DNA of 64,000 nt from Hyphochytrium catenoides (GCA_900088475.1 FLMG01000540.1:62001-126000), one strand, 5' to 3'. Shown: positions 38,201-51,745, counted from the first letter of the stretch. A program made the numbers and translations. Notes: generated from the sequence alone by a model not told the origin.

Positions 38201-41200
38201 TATCCCCTTGATGTCAATGACGTAACCTGTTTGGCCGTTCAGCCCCTGTGGTAGTAGGCTTTGTAGTCTTTATTTGAGGCAACGCATTGGGCCTTCATGA
38301 ACCCTTGCTTGCCGCTACTGCCTTCGAATTGTGAGGACCTAGTCGCTTTTGGCTAACAGTTGTCTGTGTGAACTGATGTAGAGGATTGATGGGAGAAGAG
38401 ATCGCGCATCTCTATTCTAACAGGGCTGCTGCCTACATGATGGATAAGAAGTTTTCAAGGGGCATCTCCGATTGCGACGCAGCCATAACCGCCTTTCCTA
38501 GATTTGAGAAGGTAACATAGGACGATAGGCGCATGGGACAGCGGCGAAAGAGTCANNNNNNNNNNNNNNNNNNNNNNNNNNNNNNNNNNNNNNNNNNNNN
38601 NNNNNNNNNNNNNNNNNNAAGATCGGGGGACGTGCGTGTACGGACAGCTACAATACGCCCAGAGAGCAGCAAAGGCTGAGATCAAAAGTGTATATTCGTC
38701 TAGCCTCGTCGACCGTTTTCCTGACTGGTGGTTTGACAGGCATATTTGCGAGGAGCGAGAGCTGCACTGCATTCTGGTCAAACCAGAAAGTGCAAGAGCT
38801 ACATAGAAACTCTGCTTACCTTTGTTACTCCCGGATCCGGAGCACGTGAGTAACGTCCAAGTAACGCTTGGACCTTTGAACCGTTTCATTGACATTGCTT
38901 GACGGAGTTCAGCATTCTATCACTCCATTCTTCGTCTCTAATTTGACGGCATACCTTCTCTGTCTTATGGCCTTTTAACATTCCTTACGCCTCAAATCTT
39001 CGTATCAGACCAAGAAGGGCTAGATTTGATCTCAAAGTCTGAGTCGCTGCAAGTGCTGAAAATGGAAATCTCTAAACTTTATCAAAGAAAGAGGTACGCA
39101 GAGTGCCTGGAAGCAGTGAAGAGAGCTAGACAGATCGCAGAGTTTGACAGTGAAGTGGCTACGTCCCATATCCAGTGCTTGGCAGCCCTCGGGTGAGAAA
39201 GGACTTCGAACTAATTCATCGCTGCTCTCCTGGCGTGTTCTCTTGCTTTATACTTCCTGCCCCAATCCTTTTGAGACCTCCGTTCATGACGCTATTGTCG
39301 GTAGTCCAAATGACGTCTTTAAAGGTTAGGTAGTCGAGCTGACTGTCTGCACCTCTTTCTATCCATACTATCTCCTCATAGACGGTGGACTGAAGTGAAG
39401 TCGGAATGTTTGGTACTTGCTCAAAAGAGATTCATGCCGAAGTTCTTGCCTGATAAGGAGGAAGACCTAAGCTCCCCCCAGGGCGTTGCTCGGTCCTTGG
39501 GGCCAGAGGTTGGTTACCTCTACGCCCGTGCGCACAGATACCTGGGACAGGTAGAGCATTTCTTCCGCAAGTATTCCGGTCACTCTTCCTAAACGGCATC
39601 AGCCATGGTTGCTCATTTATACCCCGTGCTGCTCCTTTGCCCGACATGTTGCATCTCGTTCTTAAGTCGCTAATTTGTGTCGGCCCCAAAGTACCTAGCC
39701 TCCCTCTTGTTCTCGCTCTCCTATTCTGCGCTTTTATTTCACTTTGAGAGTATGACTCTCGCCCTGTCCTGCCTCTTTATGTGTCACTGAATGTAGGCCG
39801 AGGAGGCTCGAAGCGTGCTCTTTGTAATCCTCTTGACCTATCCGAAAGATGGCAAGAAAGCAAAGGCAATGCTAGACACATGGGACAAGATGGCTCGTCT
39901 CAAGGTTGGAAAGTGCATATAAAATTGCTGATCTGTAGTCGACTATACTCACGCTAAGCTGTGTGCAATCCAGGTGGAAGCCAATCAAAACTTTAACCAG
40001 GGCCAACACGCCGCCGCTCACCGCTTGTATTCTAAAATTCTGCTCCTCGATCCGCACGATCGAGAGTTCAATGCCGTTATTTATTGCAATCGGTAGGGAA
40101 GATACTCTCATATATAGTTCCTTTTAAGCCAAGGAAGCTTAGTGTCTGTATGTCTTTCCTTATTGTTTTCATCTTGTATATCCTCAGCACTGCTTCGTCT
40201 TTTTGCTGGTGTCAAAACTTGATGGACATACTCTCTACCTTGACTCCTCAGGGCTGCTGCCTCTATGGAGCTTAATGACGTGGACGCTGCAATATCAGAC
40301 TGTAAATCTGCTCTTCAGCTCAATTCGAAGTACTCCAAGTAGGTGCCTGTTCCATTTTGGTGGACCATGCGTCATTTACATTCTGTTTTCCCAGTCAAAG
40401 CGGACTAACGACGTACTCGTTGCCCCCATTTCCACGCCATCAATCCTGCCTTGAAGGGCTCGACTTCGCTTAGCTCGGTGTTGCGTACGAAAGGGGAAAT
40501 ACCAGGAAGCAATAGATAGCTTTGATTCTTACCTTACCCAGGTGCCTGATGCAGATTCTAAGGTAGGTTCTCCAATGCAACAGAGCCAATAACAGTGGTA
40601 AAGGACGAGGAGGACCTGGAACAGCCTAAGAAAGTGGTTAACTGCAGATAAGTAAAGACCCAGGGTAGCGGTAACTAACACCAATGTGTTATAGATTCGG
40701 CTTGAGAGAGAGGAGGCCAAGACGTTGCTGCTGAACCAGAGACGTGATAGGGCTCAACGAGCCTACGCTCACCATAGGTACGAAGAGGAGCTTGCATGCT
40801 CACAGTTCGACTTTCTTCATCAGAAAAAGGCTCTTTTTCTAATCGCACTCTACTAAGCCTTTGTGCCGCAACGTTTAATTCTCGATTGCTTACATTGTTT
40901 ACCCTTTCCGGGGTCTACGCAGTTACTTCAGAACGTACGCAGATACTTGGTCAAGCGAGGAGGACGACGAAGATGATGAGGATGACGGCGATCAATATTT
41001 CAGATCTAATCAGCACCAAGGGAGGAAGAACACATCTGGCTATTCTAATAGCAGTTATGGGAATGGGGGCTTTGGACGGAAGTCGTACTACTCGTCCTAC
41101 ACCTACTCTGAAAACCGGCGCTCCTACAACTATAGTGGTGCACGAGCAGGAGGATCAAGAGCGGATGGCGGATCGCGGAGCACAAACGCTCCCAGCCGAA

Positions 41201-41539
41201 CACCGAAGCAAGAGAGCCACTATCACCTGCTCGGTATCTCTGTGACTGCCACTTCAGCCGAGATCAAACAGGCCTATAGAGCACTGGCACTTCGATACCA
41301 TCCAGGTCTGTCAGAAAAACGCTACTTTTTATCTCCTTCTCTGTCATATTACATTTCTTGTGCACTATGCTGATGGAATCAAGGAAGTTAACTGTCCTGC
41401 TTCCTCTCTGGCCTTAGATAAATGCAAAGAAGAGAGTGCAGGGGAAAAGTTCAAGCAAATCGCCAACGCCTATCATACGCTAAAAGACCCAGCAGAGAGG
41501 AAAAAGTACGACTATCAACTTAAGTACGGTGCCTTCTAG
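35267..41539 (+). CDS. TPR-repeat, C-terminal J-domain co-chaperone (DNAJC7-like) with long S/P/T-rich N-terminus (spliced; spans an N gap)
   Basis: TPR motifs KDIGTGLY..KFKEAALMYSRAL, LYSNRAAAY, NAVIYCNR|AAA and YSK|ARLRLARC. J-domain HYHLLGI...EIKQAYRALALRYHP|DK...FKQIANAYHTLKDPAERKKYD. Confidence 0.88.
38556..38618. other. Assembly gap (63 N)
   Basis: Run of N within the TPR-DnaJ gene. Confidence 0.99.
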
Positions 41540-41641
41540 AGCTAGGTGGACAGAACAAGGCCATAGAAGAAACCGGGACGAAGAGTCGAAGTTTTGCCAT
41601 AACATTATAAACTGTACCATAGAGCCACTGGCCCCAATGTC

Positions 41642-43895
41642 TTAGGTATAATACTGGAGACTCGTCTTCTTCTTTTGCTGCACCTGGGAGATCCCTTCCA
41701 TAAAGTCCTCGTGCTGATAAGATGGTTAGGAGGATGGGCAGAAATGGTCAAAAAGGCACTTCCGAAGCATAGAATTGTAGATACGCTCGGCACTCAAGGG
41801 TAAAGCTAAGTATTCGTAGGTTTCTGTCACCAACCTTGATAGAAGGCGCATCCCTGCGTAATGCTATCATTCCTGCCTCAACACAAACCGCTTTGAGCAT
41901 AGCACCGTTAAAGTCGTCCGTGCATCGAGCCAGTTCCTCAAAGTTAACATCTACAAGAGCACATAAAGAGACAGTGAAGGGGTCAAGCATGAGCCACGGA
42001 CCGTATGTCTATCTTTGCTGAGCGGCCCTCTACCTGAAGTGTCAACGTTCATCTTGCGTGAATGGATCTGAAGAATGTGCGCTCGAGCTTCCTCGCTAGG
42101 ATGTGGCAACTCAATCTACAAAAAGATGTGCGAGTAGTGAATAGCAGGCCGTCAATAGGAGTTAACGAGGTAGGCAGAGTGACGAAGAGGACGACATGAC
42201 TACCTCTTTATACTTCCTATCAAGTGCTGTTGCCAGTAACGACCGCTCTTACCTTTCTATCCAATCTGCCTGACCTTAGTAAAGCAGGGTCGAGAACGTC
42301 TGGTCTGTTCGTGGCAGCAATCACCTAGAGCAACAAAGCACACGTTTGAAGTCAAAGACAGAGCAATAGTAGGAAGACAGCAGAGGTTATCAACAAGACA
42401 GCAGAGGTTATCAACGAGAAAGAAGGAAACTTCAAGAAGCAGTTAAACCACCAACCTTAATCTTGTCATTGCTTGAGAAACCATCTAACTGGTTAAGAAG
42501 CTCCAACATGGTTCTCTGAACCTCTCGGTCTCCACTCTGCTCTCCGCCAAAGCGCTTTGTTCCGATGGCATCGAGCTAGGTATCAGCACAGGGGTCACCC
42601 CATTAGATCCTGCGCGAGCTGATCGGGCAGATGGGAGCTCCAACTTACTTCGTCAATAAAGATAATAGCGCCTCCTTTCTTTCCAGCTTCAACCTTTTCC
42701 TTTGCCAGGTCAAACGCATCTCGCACCATCTGGGCCAGACCAGAGCGAGGTGTTTGCGTGTATTCATACGAACTAGTTAGACGAGACAAGCTCAGTAGTA
42801 AAGTATGAACGCAACCAGCAACCGAACCTTCGCGCCGTCACCAATGAACATCTGTACTAGCTGTGGAGCCGCAAGCTTAAGAAAAATGGCGTCCGTCTGC
42901 TTAGCACAAGCCCTTGCAAGAAGAGTTTTCCCCGTTCCTGGCGGACCCCATAAAAGCACTCCCTTAGGGGGCCGGATGCCAATGGCGTCGAATCTATCTT
43001 TATGGGTCATGGGCAATACGACTGCCTCGACAAGCTCCTGGATTTGCTTGTCAAGTCCGCCGATATCTGAATACTCCTCGGTAGGCTTTTCATCAACTTC
43101 CATGGCTTTAACCCTCGAGTCATACCTAAAGGCAGCCCCGTAAGAAAGACAAGTCCTAGAACGAGATAGATGAGCAAAGTTGCCACAACTTACTCTGCCG
43201 GAAGCTTTTCAAGAATAAGATAACTATCTTTGTTGGTGCCAACAAGATCTCCTGGTGCAAGCTCTTTCGGATCAACCAATCCAGGCACCGGCAAAAATAT
43301 TGTCTGTCGACGGCCGCGATAGTGTGAGCTGTTAATGATTGGTAACTCCAAAGAAGACTCGCAGACTAGCTACATTTGAATTGAACGGCTAAAGATAAGC
43401 CTCACCTGACGGGTGGACGTCTTAATAACCGCACTCTTCCCCTTTCTAGATGCGTCAACATCGGCGCTACTTCCGTCTTCTTCTTCGTCCTCGTCATCTT
43501 CCAGCTCTAAGACCTAAACGGTACAGTGGGTGAGATTAAACATCGAGAAGGCGCTCTTGGAGAGTTTACCTCTACGACGTTGCCGACGAGATAGGGCAGC
43601 TGCTTGTTAAGCTTCACCTTCTGCAGATTTTCACTTATTCGCTCTCGCTGGCTGTTACTCTCGTGCGTTATCCTCTGGATGTCGCTCCTGGCATGAGTCT
43701 TTATTTAGCTAAGCCGATACTGAGCCCAAAGAGCTTGTGTCCTAACCTCATAATGCGAATCTCATTATCCAGGAGCCGAATGCGTTGCTTGATGTCGTCA
43801 GCTGACATTCTGTAGATCTCTGGATCGATATCATCGGCAGGATTATCGCCCCAAATTTCCGAGGACTCAACATTGCTTGGATTGCTTGATGCCAT
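41642..43895 (-). CDS. RPT5: 26S proteasome AAA-ATPase subunit Rpt5 (PSMC3), spliced
   Basis: [54 protein letters not shown], Walker A GPPGTGKT, Walker B IIFIDE, C-terminal HbYX ...KKKTSLQLYT*. Confidence 0.97.
42374..42415. repeat. Perfect 21-nt tandem duplication in an RPT5 intron
   Basis: aagacagcagaggttatcaac x2. Confidence 0.9.
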
Positions 43896-44661
43896 CGTGA
43901 ATAACTCCACCGGCAACCGGAGCTGAGCACAGTCTTCGGGGCCAGATAGCGCAAAATGCGTGAGAGGGATAACCTTCAATCAACACCTAGTACGAGTATG
44001 TGATATCCTCGATGGCAGCAGACGAGGCCGATAGACGAAGATCTCATTGCGGCTTCACTGATCTTCCTGCAAAAATCTCAAGAATTCAACCGAACCGACG
44101 GGCCGAAGATGCCAAAGGAAACATGGAATCATAATAATATTACACGAGATGGGAATACCCCATACACCGCAGGGGCATTGGCTATAGTAGTAGTGAACAG
44201 CCCGGATCTAAGCGCTTTATGTAGGCTGGTGTTAGAGATTCATATCACGCTTAAAGCACTCGGTATGTTTCCATGAAACTTTGACCTGTTCTCATGTGTG
44301 TTGAGCTCCATCGCTCCTAGCAGCTCCATCTCCTCCTCCTCCTCATCACATCATCACTCATCCTGCCAGCGTGCTGCCATTCGCATCGAGCAGTGATGAT
44401 CCCAATGAACGAATCTACGGCCTGAGAGCTCCTCAGTCTTATAGTGGGAATGTCCTTTGCTTAGCTCAATAGTTCCCAATCAGGGTGGCTTGTCCGTCAG
44501 CCCGAGACATAGTAGATCGTACATCTTAGTTCCGGCAGTTTGCTAATTGCTGGATATCGTCGTGGCCGTTATCTCATCTGCTCAGGCCTCGTGATGAAGC
44601 TCTAGTGACTACGGCGATAGTAACGAGATAGTGCATCGTCCATAATTCGCACCACGGCAAG

Positions 44662-46038
44662 ATGAGACACTGTCAACTAGTCATGGGCCCTGCTGGGACA
44701 GGCAAGGTATGTCGAAAAAGACCAGGATCACTTACAGTTCACTCTTTTAATGCCTTTTATTTTAGTCAACCTACTGCAAATACATGTACGAGCATTGTGA
44801 GGCTTCAAAGCGCGTTGTCCATGTGGTTAATTTGGATCCAGCGGCGGAGAACTTTGACTATCCCGTCGCCTTCGGTAATATAATGCAGACATCGGTCGAC
44901 CGACATGAGGTTTGCTAAATGGTACTTGTAGATATACGAGACCTTATTACTTTAGAGGATGTGATGGAGGAACTAGGGTATGGACCGAACGGAGGTCTCG
45001 TCTACTGTATGGAATACTTGCTGGAGAACCTAGACTGGCTGCAGGATGAGCTGCTGGGCTACGGAGACGATGATTACCTGATCTTCGACTGTCCAGGTAA
45101 CTACTAAAGCTCTATATGGCTGGCTGCTTAGCCGTTTCTTTCCATCTTGGTCTCCTTCGCTTCGGTCTGGTCTCCTTCACTTCGGACGTCTTATACTGCA
45201 AATTATAGGGCAAATCGAGCTGTACTCACATATCCCGGTCATGAAGACTCTAGCTAGCAATTTGAAGATGTGGGGATATAACGTTTGCGCTGTATACTTG
45301 GTAAGCGCAACGATTAGCTGTGAAAAAGGGCCTCGGTGACATCGACCATCGGCTGACTCCGCTATCGCAGATTGACGCCTTATTTATTGCTGATGCCTCA
45401 AAGTTCATCTCTGGGGTGCTGTGCTCTCTCTCTGCCATGGTGCAGCTTGAGCTTCCACAAGTCAATGTACGCCCATCCAAGGTCCTTGCAGTTCTTAGAG
45501 ATAGGCTGAACTTAGTATTACCATAGGTCCTTTCTAAATGTGACTTAGTTGATCCCGAGGAACTGGAAAGGTAAACGAGTCCTCATAGAAGCTCCGGCAA
45601 TGGCGGCATCTAACCTGAGTTACTTGAAGGATATTGGACACAGAGTCAAACTTTTTGCTTCAAAGTTTATTGGAAAAGACAGGACCGAGGATGAAGAGTC
45701 TCAACAAGGCTATCTGTGAGCTGGTAAACCCTGAAGTGCTAGCACCTTTCACGCGCTATGTTTTGAAGATGGGCTTCGTATCTTGCAGATCAACGATTAT
45801 AGCATGGTCTCTTTTATTCCCATGAACATCAATGATGAGGAGTCAATGGATATGGTACTTCTGCAGGTCGACAGCGCCATTCAATATGGAGAGGACGTGG
45901 AGCCGAAGGTATTTGACCGATCATACCTGCCATCAAAAAACCGTTTATATATCCGCCCTTTTCAATCGAACTCTGCAGGATCCGGACGATGAGATCAGGG
46001 AGTACGAGGAGCAACTGAACCGTAACTTATATGGTTAG
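44662..46038 (+). CDS. GPN3: GPN-loop GTPase 3 (spliced)
   Basis: [11 protein letters not shown]|[39 protein letters not shown]|[18 protein letters not shown]. Confidence 0.95.
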
Positions 46039-47046
46039 ACCTCGCCACTTTCTGAAGCCGCCCCTTGGCGTCTGCCAGCACACCTCGTGAGGAGTTGCTC
46101 CTTAATGTGGCACTCTTCTATATTTCTAGAGGACAACTTGAGCTTATTTATCTTATTATCTGGTAGCCACCTTGACTTTATTGACTTTCTTGGAGCGCTC
46201 TAGGATCAAGAAAAATAGAAAGAAAATGGTAGCTTATTTATAAATAATAGTGTAACCTCGTTATCGGATCGTTCACTGAGCATCCATCCCACGGGAAACT
46301 GGGTGAAGGAATGAGTGTTGAGATCTCTGAACGGTTCCTTGGTCCATCCTACAGTAGTGACCTTGACAACCGATGGAAGCAGCTTTGCAAGCCTTCCAGG
46401 TTAGCGCTACATCTCCGATTCCTCAAGGGAGATGCGCAAGGTCATACCAGCCTTGTACCTAAGACACATGTGAGGGCTGGATGGCCTAGTGAGTTATACC
46501 TCGCACTCTCGAAGCCTAGCGGAACAGCTATCTTCATGCTAAAGAGGACAAGCGCAACCCCAAAAGTCTTGTGTCCAACTTCCTCCGCTAGTGTCTCTAC
46601 AGAATCTCCATGTGCCTCCTCCAACAGTCTATCTCACTGTCCTCCCTGATTGTACCTTATAACGTCCCTCCATGACCGAGTACTTCCCCCTACGGCCATC
46701 CTGACGGGTTCATCTGTCCCTCGCGAATTAGCAGACGGCTGGCCAGTTCTCCCATTGCCGCTGTTTTTCTGCCCGGACAGAAGATGGCCTGCACCTCTAT
46801 CAGCAAGCATCAACCCGGTGACAGCAGCTGCACAATAGTAAGAACTAGCAGGTTGCCGCCCGGACTGAAGATCGCTCTCATGTCAATCAACCCGGTGACG
46901 GCGAATGTATGTCCCACAAGCCCTTTTATTATTGTATATTGACGTTCGCCACCTGTGCACCTTTCCGTCATGAGCATGCATCTTTCGCAGCCCTACCCTT
47001 ATGAGCACAGTAGCGACCGCCCGGTGTGAGCAGGAAGATATCCCAT

Positions 47047-47634
47047 CTACTCTTGAATGTTGCCGCGCTCGCTAACGTAGATACCGTCAAGGAACTTACG
47101 GATATCCTTAGCCTTGACACGAGTGGCACCCTGAATGTTAGCGCAGTCCTGTGACACAAGGCTGAGATCGTTGCCAGAGAGCTCGATCTGATCCTTGNNN
47201 NNNNNNNNNNNNNNNNNNNNNNNNNNNNNNNNNNNNNNNNNNNNNNNCACATTGATGGGGAAATGTGCGTATACGAAGCGCATCTTGTACTTGAAGCCCT
47301 TGGTCACACCAGTGATCATGTTCTCAATGTGAGAGCAGACGGTACGGATGCAAGCGAGCTGCTTCCTGTTGCCGAACCACATGTCAACGACAACTTCGCC
47401 GCCCACAACACGCATGTCCTAATCACAGAGTAAGAAAGAACCGATTGAGTTAGTTGAGAAAGAGTCTTGAGACAATCGCTAAGCCATGGAAAGAGCTAGC
47501 CTTACCAAGTTAAGGTGCTTGAACTCGCGGTGGAGCTCGCCGCGAGGTCCCTTGACGCAGACATTGCGGGACTTGATGGTGATCTCCACCCCCTCAGGGA
47601 TCTCGACAGTTCTGTTGGCGAGAATGGTCTTCAT
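47047..47634 (-). CDS. RPL9: 60S ribosomal protein L9 (uL6); spliced, spans an N gap
   Basis: [16 protein letters not shown]...VKGPRGEL; [30 protein letters not shown]; [14 protein letters not shown]. Confidence 0.97.
47198..47247. other. Assembly gap (50 N) inside RPL9
   Basis: Run of N. It looks shorter than the L9 segment that normally lies between HFPINV and KDQIEL, so the gap size is probably underestimated. Confidence 0.97.
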
Positions 47635-48580
47635 CTTTATGGGTTGGGATGAGTAAGGGCGGGCCTGGGGCACTGAGACTGCCGATGAGATTCTGGCTGA
47701 AGCTCTGCTTCATCGCCAACCAGATGATCTCCACCCACTAACTGAAGACAATGCTCGGCGCCTGCAGCTTTGATAATTGAGTGGCGCTCCCTCCGCCCTG
47801 ACGTATTATTACGACGATACCATTGTAGTTTGACATCATTCCCTGCGTATTGCTACTGACCTTTGAAGATAATCACAGGCTAGTTACCTAACTCTTCAAT
47901 TCACGCATTAAACCAGAAATTACAACTACAACGCACAGAAGTGAGTCAGAGCAGATTGTACTCGATGGCGAACTGCAATACTGTGGGCATTCAGAGATTG
48001 ATTATTGGAGGTCCAGCAGAGCTTCGTCCAGCATGCCGGGCAGTTCTTCTTCTGAGGCTTCATAATGATATCTCCTCCTTTCAGACGCGTCTACGTCATT
48101 CGTATGGACGTCCGTTTGTATGGTGAGTATGCGCATATCGTATGGTACGTCATTTCCAATATTCTCCATTAGGTCTTCTCGTTATTAGTAGACCGCTTGA
48201 TGATGAAGAGTGGTGATGAGTGGACATCACAAGAGGTATGCCGCTTTTTCAAGCCTTCTGCCCGTTTTGATACTTCCTTGTGGGCTACTGTATATAAACT
48301 CCCGGCTAGTGGACGATGAAGTTGACGAACCTTGGCTACTTTGAATAGACAATAATCCTTCACTACTTCGGTCTTCTGCTTTATCGAACGCTCCTAATAG
48401 TGGTTTGGGTTGAGCCTGTGCCCGTCGTATGATTTGTTAAAGGTAACACATATGACATAACCTCGTAAGTCGGTACGTTGGTGACTTGAGGCAGCAAATC
48501 GGTTCATCAGTGACCGAACTAGAAGAATAAATACTTTGTCAAGCTCGTCGTGGGTAGTACAGCACCAAAAAACTTCCCCA

Positions 48581-48992
48581 CTAGCTGCTGGGAGCCTTTG
48601 CTCCTTCCTGTTCCGCCAACGCCTGAGGTATCGTTGTGCCTTGGCTAACAGAACCAGACACTTGGCTTGTCTCGCAGCCTTCATCCTCCTCCTCCCCCTT
48701 CCCTCTTTTATGCGACGGCGGTGTCACAAACATTGTATATTGCTCTCTTGCCCATCTTCTCACCTGCAAGACCATACATGTTAGCACTCTTCACCATCGC
48801 CAGAGTCTACCTACAAGCACCTACCCCGGTGAAAATATGGTCCTGCCGCATGTGTTCTGGAAGTGGACGACCATTGACCTCAGCCCTGTCAAAGTTCGCG
48901 TAGAAGATGCCGTATGTAGCTACTGCGACCCAGCTTACATGAGTCAGAACGGTGTAAAGACGGTCTTTCTGCTTGGGGTTCCATCGCCCCAT
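48581..48992 (-). CDS. Small (116 aa) single-pass membrane protein, 2 exons
   Basis: Exons 48825-48992 and 48581-48763 join in phase across a 61-nt GT-AG intron: MGRWNPKQKDRLYTVLTHVSWVAVATYGIFYANFD...DHIFTG|VRRWAREQY... Confidence 0.7.
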
Positions 48993-50055
48993 CTCTTTGT
49001 GTTTGCTTAATGAGCGGCAGCTACCGCTAACGACCTTGACTTCAGTTGAACATCCGCCGTCTATTATGTCTCAGCAGAAAGACTGATTGAGGCTTGATTG
49101 CTTGAGGCAGCAAGTTGCGAGCGCGGAGCTCTTTGGGCTTGGATAGCTAGCTGGAATGAGTCAAACCTGGATCTGCGAGATCGTCCGCTCAGAAGAGAAA
49201 AAGATTGGCAAACCTTCTCGACCAGTTCGACACCGATTCTGTAATGTAGTATCCTCCCGTTGGAGGCTAGGGACACGTCTTCTTGGTGGATGGAATCTGG
49301 TGCCAGGTGCCACTCTATTCCTCCCATACAGAGTGGACACAGCCGGTGTCTGTGATGATTCCCTTTTGATGACGTGAGGACTGCGAGCGAGGGAGGAGTG
49401 GTGTGTCTCCTTCAAGAAGTATTATGCTGAGGAGGAGGCTGTTTGTTATTGCTTGTAGAGCAATGAAGGTAGTAAAGGAGTTCGTGGTGCTTTAGTGCCA
49501 CTCATCCCCACCTCATGTACAGTACATCTGGTTGGGGGTGATTTTAGTCCTGGGGGGTATCTCTAGCCCGCACAACTCTTTCATTTTCTTCCTCATAACT
49601 TCATGCGAGTCTGCCAGACTCAAGAAAGAAACTCTGGCAGACTTACCAGGCCAATGAAGCTCGCTGAAGCTGACACACACATAGTAGGTTCACCCAGCGA
49701 CCAGGAGAAGTGCTAACCGATGCCGATCTTGCCCTTGCACTCTCTCCTGACTCTGAGATATCGTTCCGTCAATGACGGCACACCCTTCCAACCATATGTA
49801 CGTACGTGCCGTGCAAGTGCGGCCCCAGAATGTCATTATTACCATCTTCGCCACCTCGCTATTCGGGGTAACCCATTTTAGCAAGTGGTCAGGAGTCATG
49901 AGCGTGACCGTTCTAGCACATTCTGTGAAAACCGCCCGATATTCGACCGGTGTAATGCGCAAGCAATAGTTTACATGACGGCCCCCGTAAATCGTCCAGC
50001 GAAGGCCGTGAAGGGATTTGGGGATCTGGTATCTCCGGGAACTGGTAACGCCATT

Positions 50056-51745
50056 CTAGTCTTCCAGCTCCAGGGCCAGTGCTAACGTGGAACGTTTGCG
50101 AGTGTTCTGGCCCCGTACTGAGCTCTTCTTGCTAGCACTGGTCTCCACTGTTGAGTGCTGCGCATTGCGGATAGTCGGACGCTCGGATGGCGGTTGATGG
50201 ACAGCCTTTTTTTGCCTTTTTGCGTGGCGTGGTGCTTTTGCTACTTTCTCTTGTTCATAGCGGAGGATGGTCTGCTGGGCTAATTGCAAGTCTTGCTTAA
50301 GTTTTAGTACCTGGTAGATAGAAGACAATCAGCTGCAGGCACTTTAAGGGATTCCCATATCACGCGAGCAGATGACCTTTCGCTTAAGGTAATCCTCGCG
50401 AGCAGCAGCGGTCTGCTCCGTGGGAGCGGTGAAGGGAAAGAAACTTATGTCCGCTACTTTTGAACCCCTTGCTCCCTTCATTAGGTCGGATTCTGGGTTG
50501 TCGGCATCCTTGTTGTGAACAGTGGCCCATGGGATATATCAAGAGCCGTTACTCTCACCACAGAGGTTCTGATAGAACGCTGCTTACCCACCTCTGCTTT
50601 TTGCACTCCGTTGCAAGCTGGGGATTGGTTCGTCTTCGCGGTCCGGACAACTTCCGCCAAATCTCGTTCCATAGCATCCAGTGCCAGGTATTGGTCTCGA
50701 ATGGCCTCCTTCAGTTCGTCTGTGAGTGTAGATGCTAAGCCTTAGCATAGAGTGACGTACGTGAATGCAGCTTTCATACCACATTCGACAAGCCTTTTCG
50801 CAATTGCTGTCTTGTCTTCTGCCATCTCGCGTATTTGGTCCCTTGCACTGGCAAGGGACAAGGGTTACTTCTCTTGTATGTGAAGTGCGGCTGCGGAATG
50901 GGTTTGTTACACCTAGCTTCAATATCTCTTTGCCTCCTGACTGTTTTAGCGTACTCGAGACTTATGGCCGCGTACATCTCCCTGGACTCCCGGAGCATTG
51001 CCTGATGGTTAGGTAGTTAATGTTAGAGGTCATACTTCATAGTATGTTGTGTCATTCCTGGCACGGACCTTGATGAGACTGATATCCTCAGATTGAATCT
51101 TGGCCAGCTTGCAGGCATTCTCCTTCTCTAGGATCAATTCACCTATACGTCGCTCCTGAAGCTGAATGATAAGCTCTGCATCCCTTAAAAATAGGAGTGT
51201 TGACTTAGGGGCACAATCTCAGGCCACCATAAAATTTTGGAGACGATACTAGTATAGTATAGCAAAGAGCAAGTAGTCCTTCGGTCAGGTACACCGATAG
51301 TACTCTTATCGGGAGTCAGCTCAACACATCATTTTACCTGACTTTGGCTATAGAGGAGGTTGTTAGGTTGTCAAAATGCTTCAAAAGTGACCATCCCTCT
51401 TGGGTAACGGTAGAGGTGCCTTGTAGAGTCTGAGTGCCTTGGTTGGCAGATCCCTCATCCCGTAAATGGTCCAAAGAATCGCACCTAAGACGGGTTGGAG
51501 CAATATAGTAAGATGGAGCATTATAGAAAGCGCGAAGCTACATAGCAGACCATATATGCTGTCTACCCTTTATACCAGACCGCCATGAAGGAAAAAGCGC
51601 TCTCCACTTGCCTGCTGTCCGGTGTACCCTCAAGAGGTGAATCGCCGCTGTAGTAATTCATGAGTAGGCTCTGCTTTGTCCCTGTTTGACGACTGTCTAC
51701 GTCTTCTACCGATGAACATTCAGCGCCCTCTTTCTGACCGGCCAT
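50056..51745 (-). CDS. Hypothetical coiled-coil protein (spliced; start uncertain)
   Basis: Successive in-phase exons with heptad-like content: DAELIIQLQERRIGELILEKE, ARDQIREMAEDKTAIAKRL, VLKLKQDLQLAQQTILRYEQEK. Confidence 0.6.

Noticed and set aside
1344-43895. Apparent ubiquitin/endosome gene cluster (MABP-GEF, SKP1-like, VPS2, USP48, RPT5)
   Set aside because: These categories are abundant in any eukaryote, and the genes are interspersed with unrelated ones on mixed strands. There is no evidence of co-regulation.
46442-46810. Minus-strand frame of about 123 codons broken by one TGA (possible selenoprotein or pseudogene)
   Set aside because: No redox motif around the TGA, no SECIS recognised, no homology; the length is compatible with chance.
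46809-46899. 14-bp direct repeat atcaacccggtgac (46809 and 46886)
   Set aside because: Only two copies, with no terminal inverted repeats or poly(A) between them. It is not a CRISPR array or a supportable insertion.
48085-48160. Short internal repeats (tacgtcatt, cgtatgg) loosely similar to 58548-58577
   Set aside because: Matches are too short and gapped to support a shared element.
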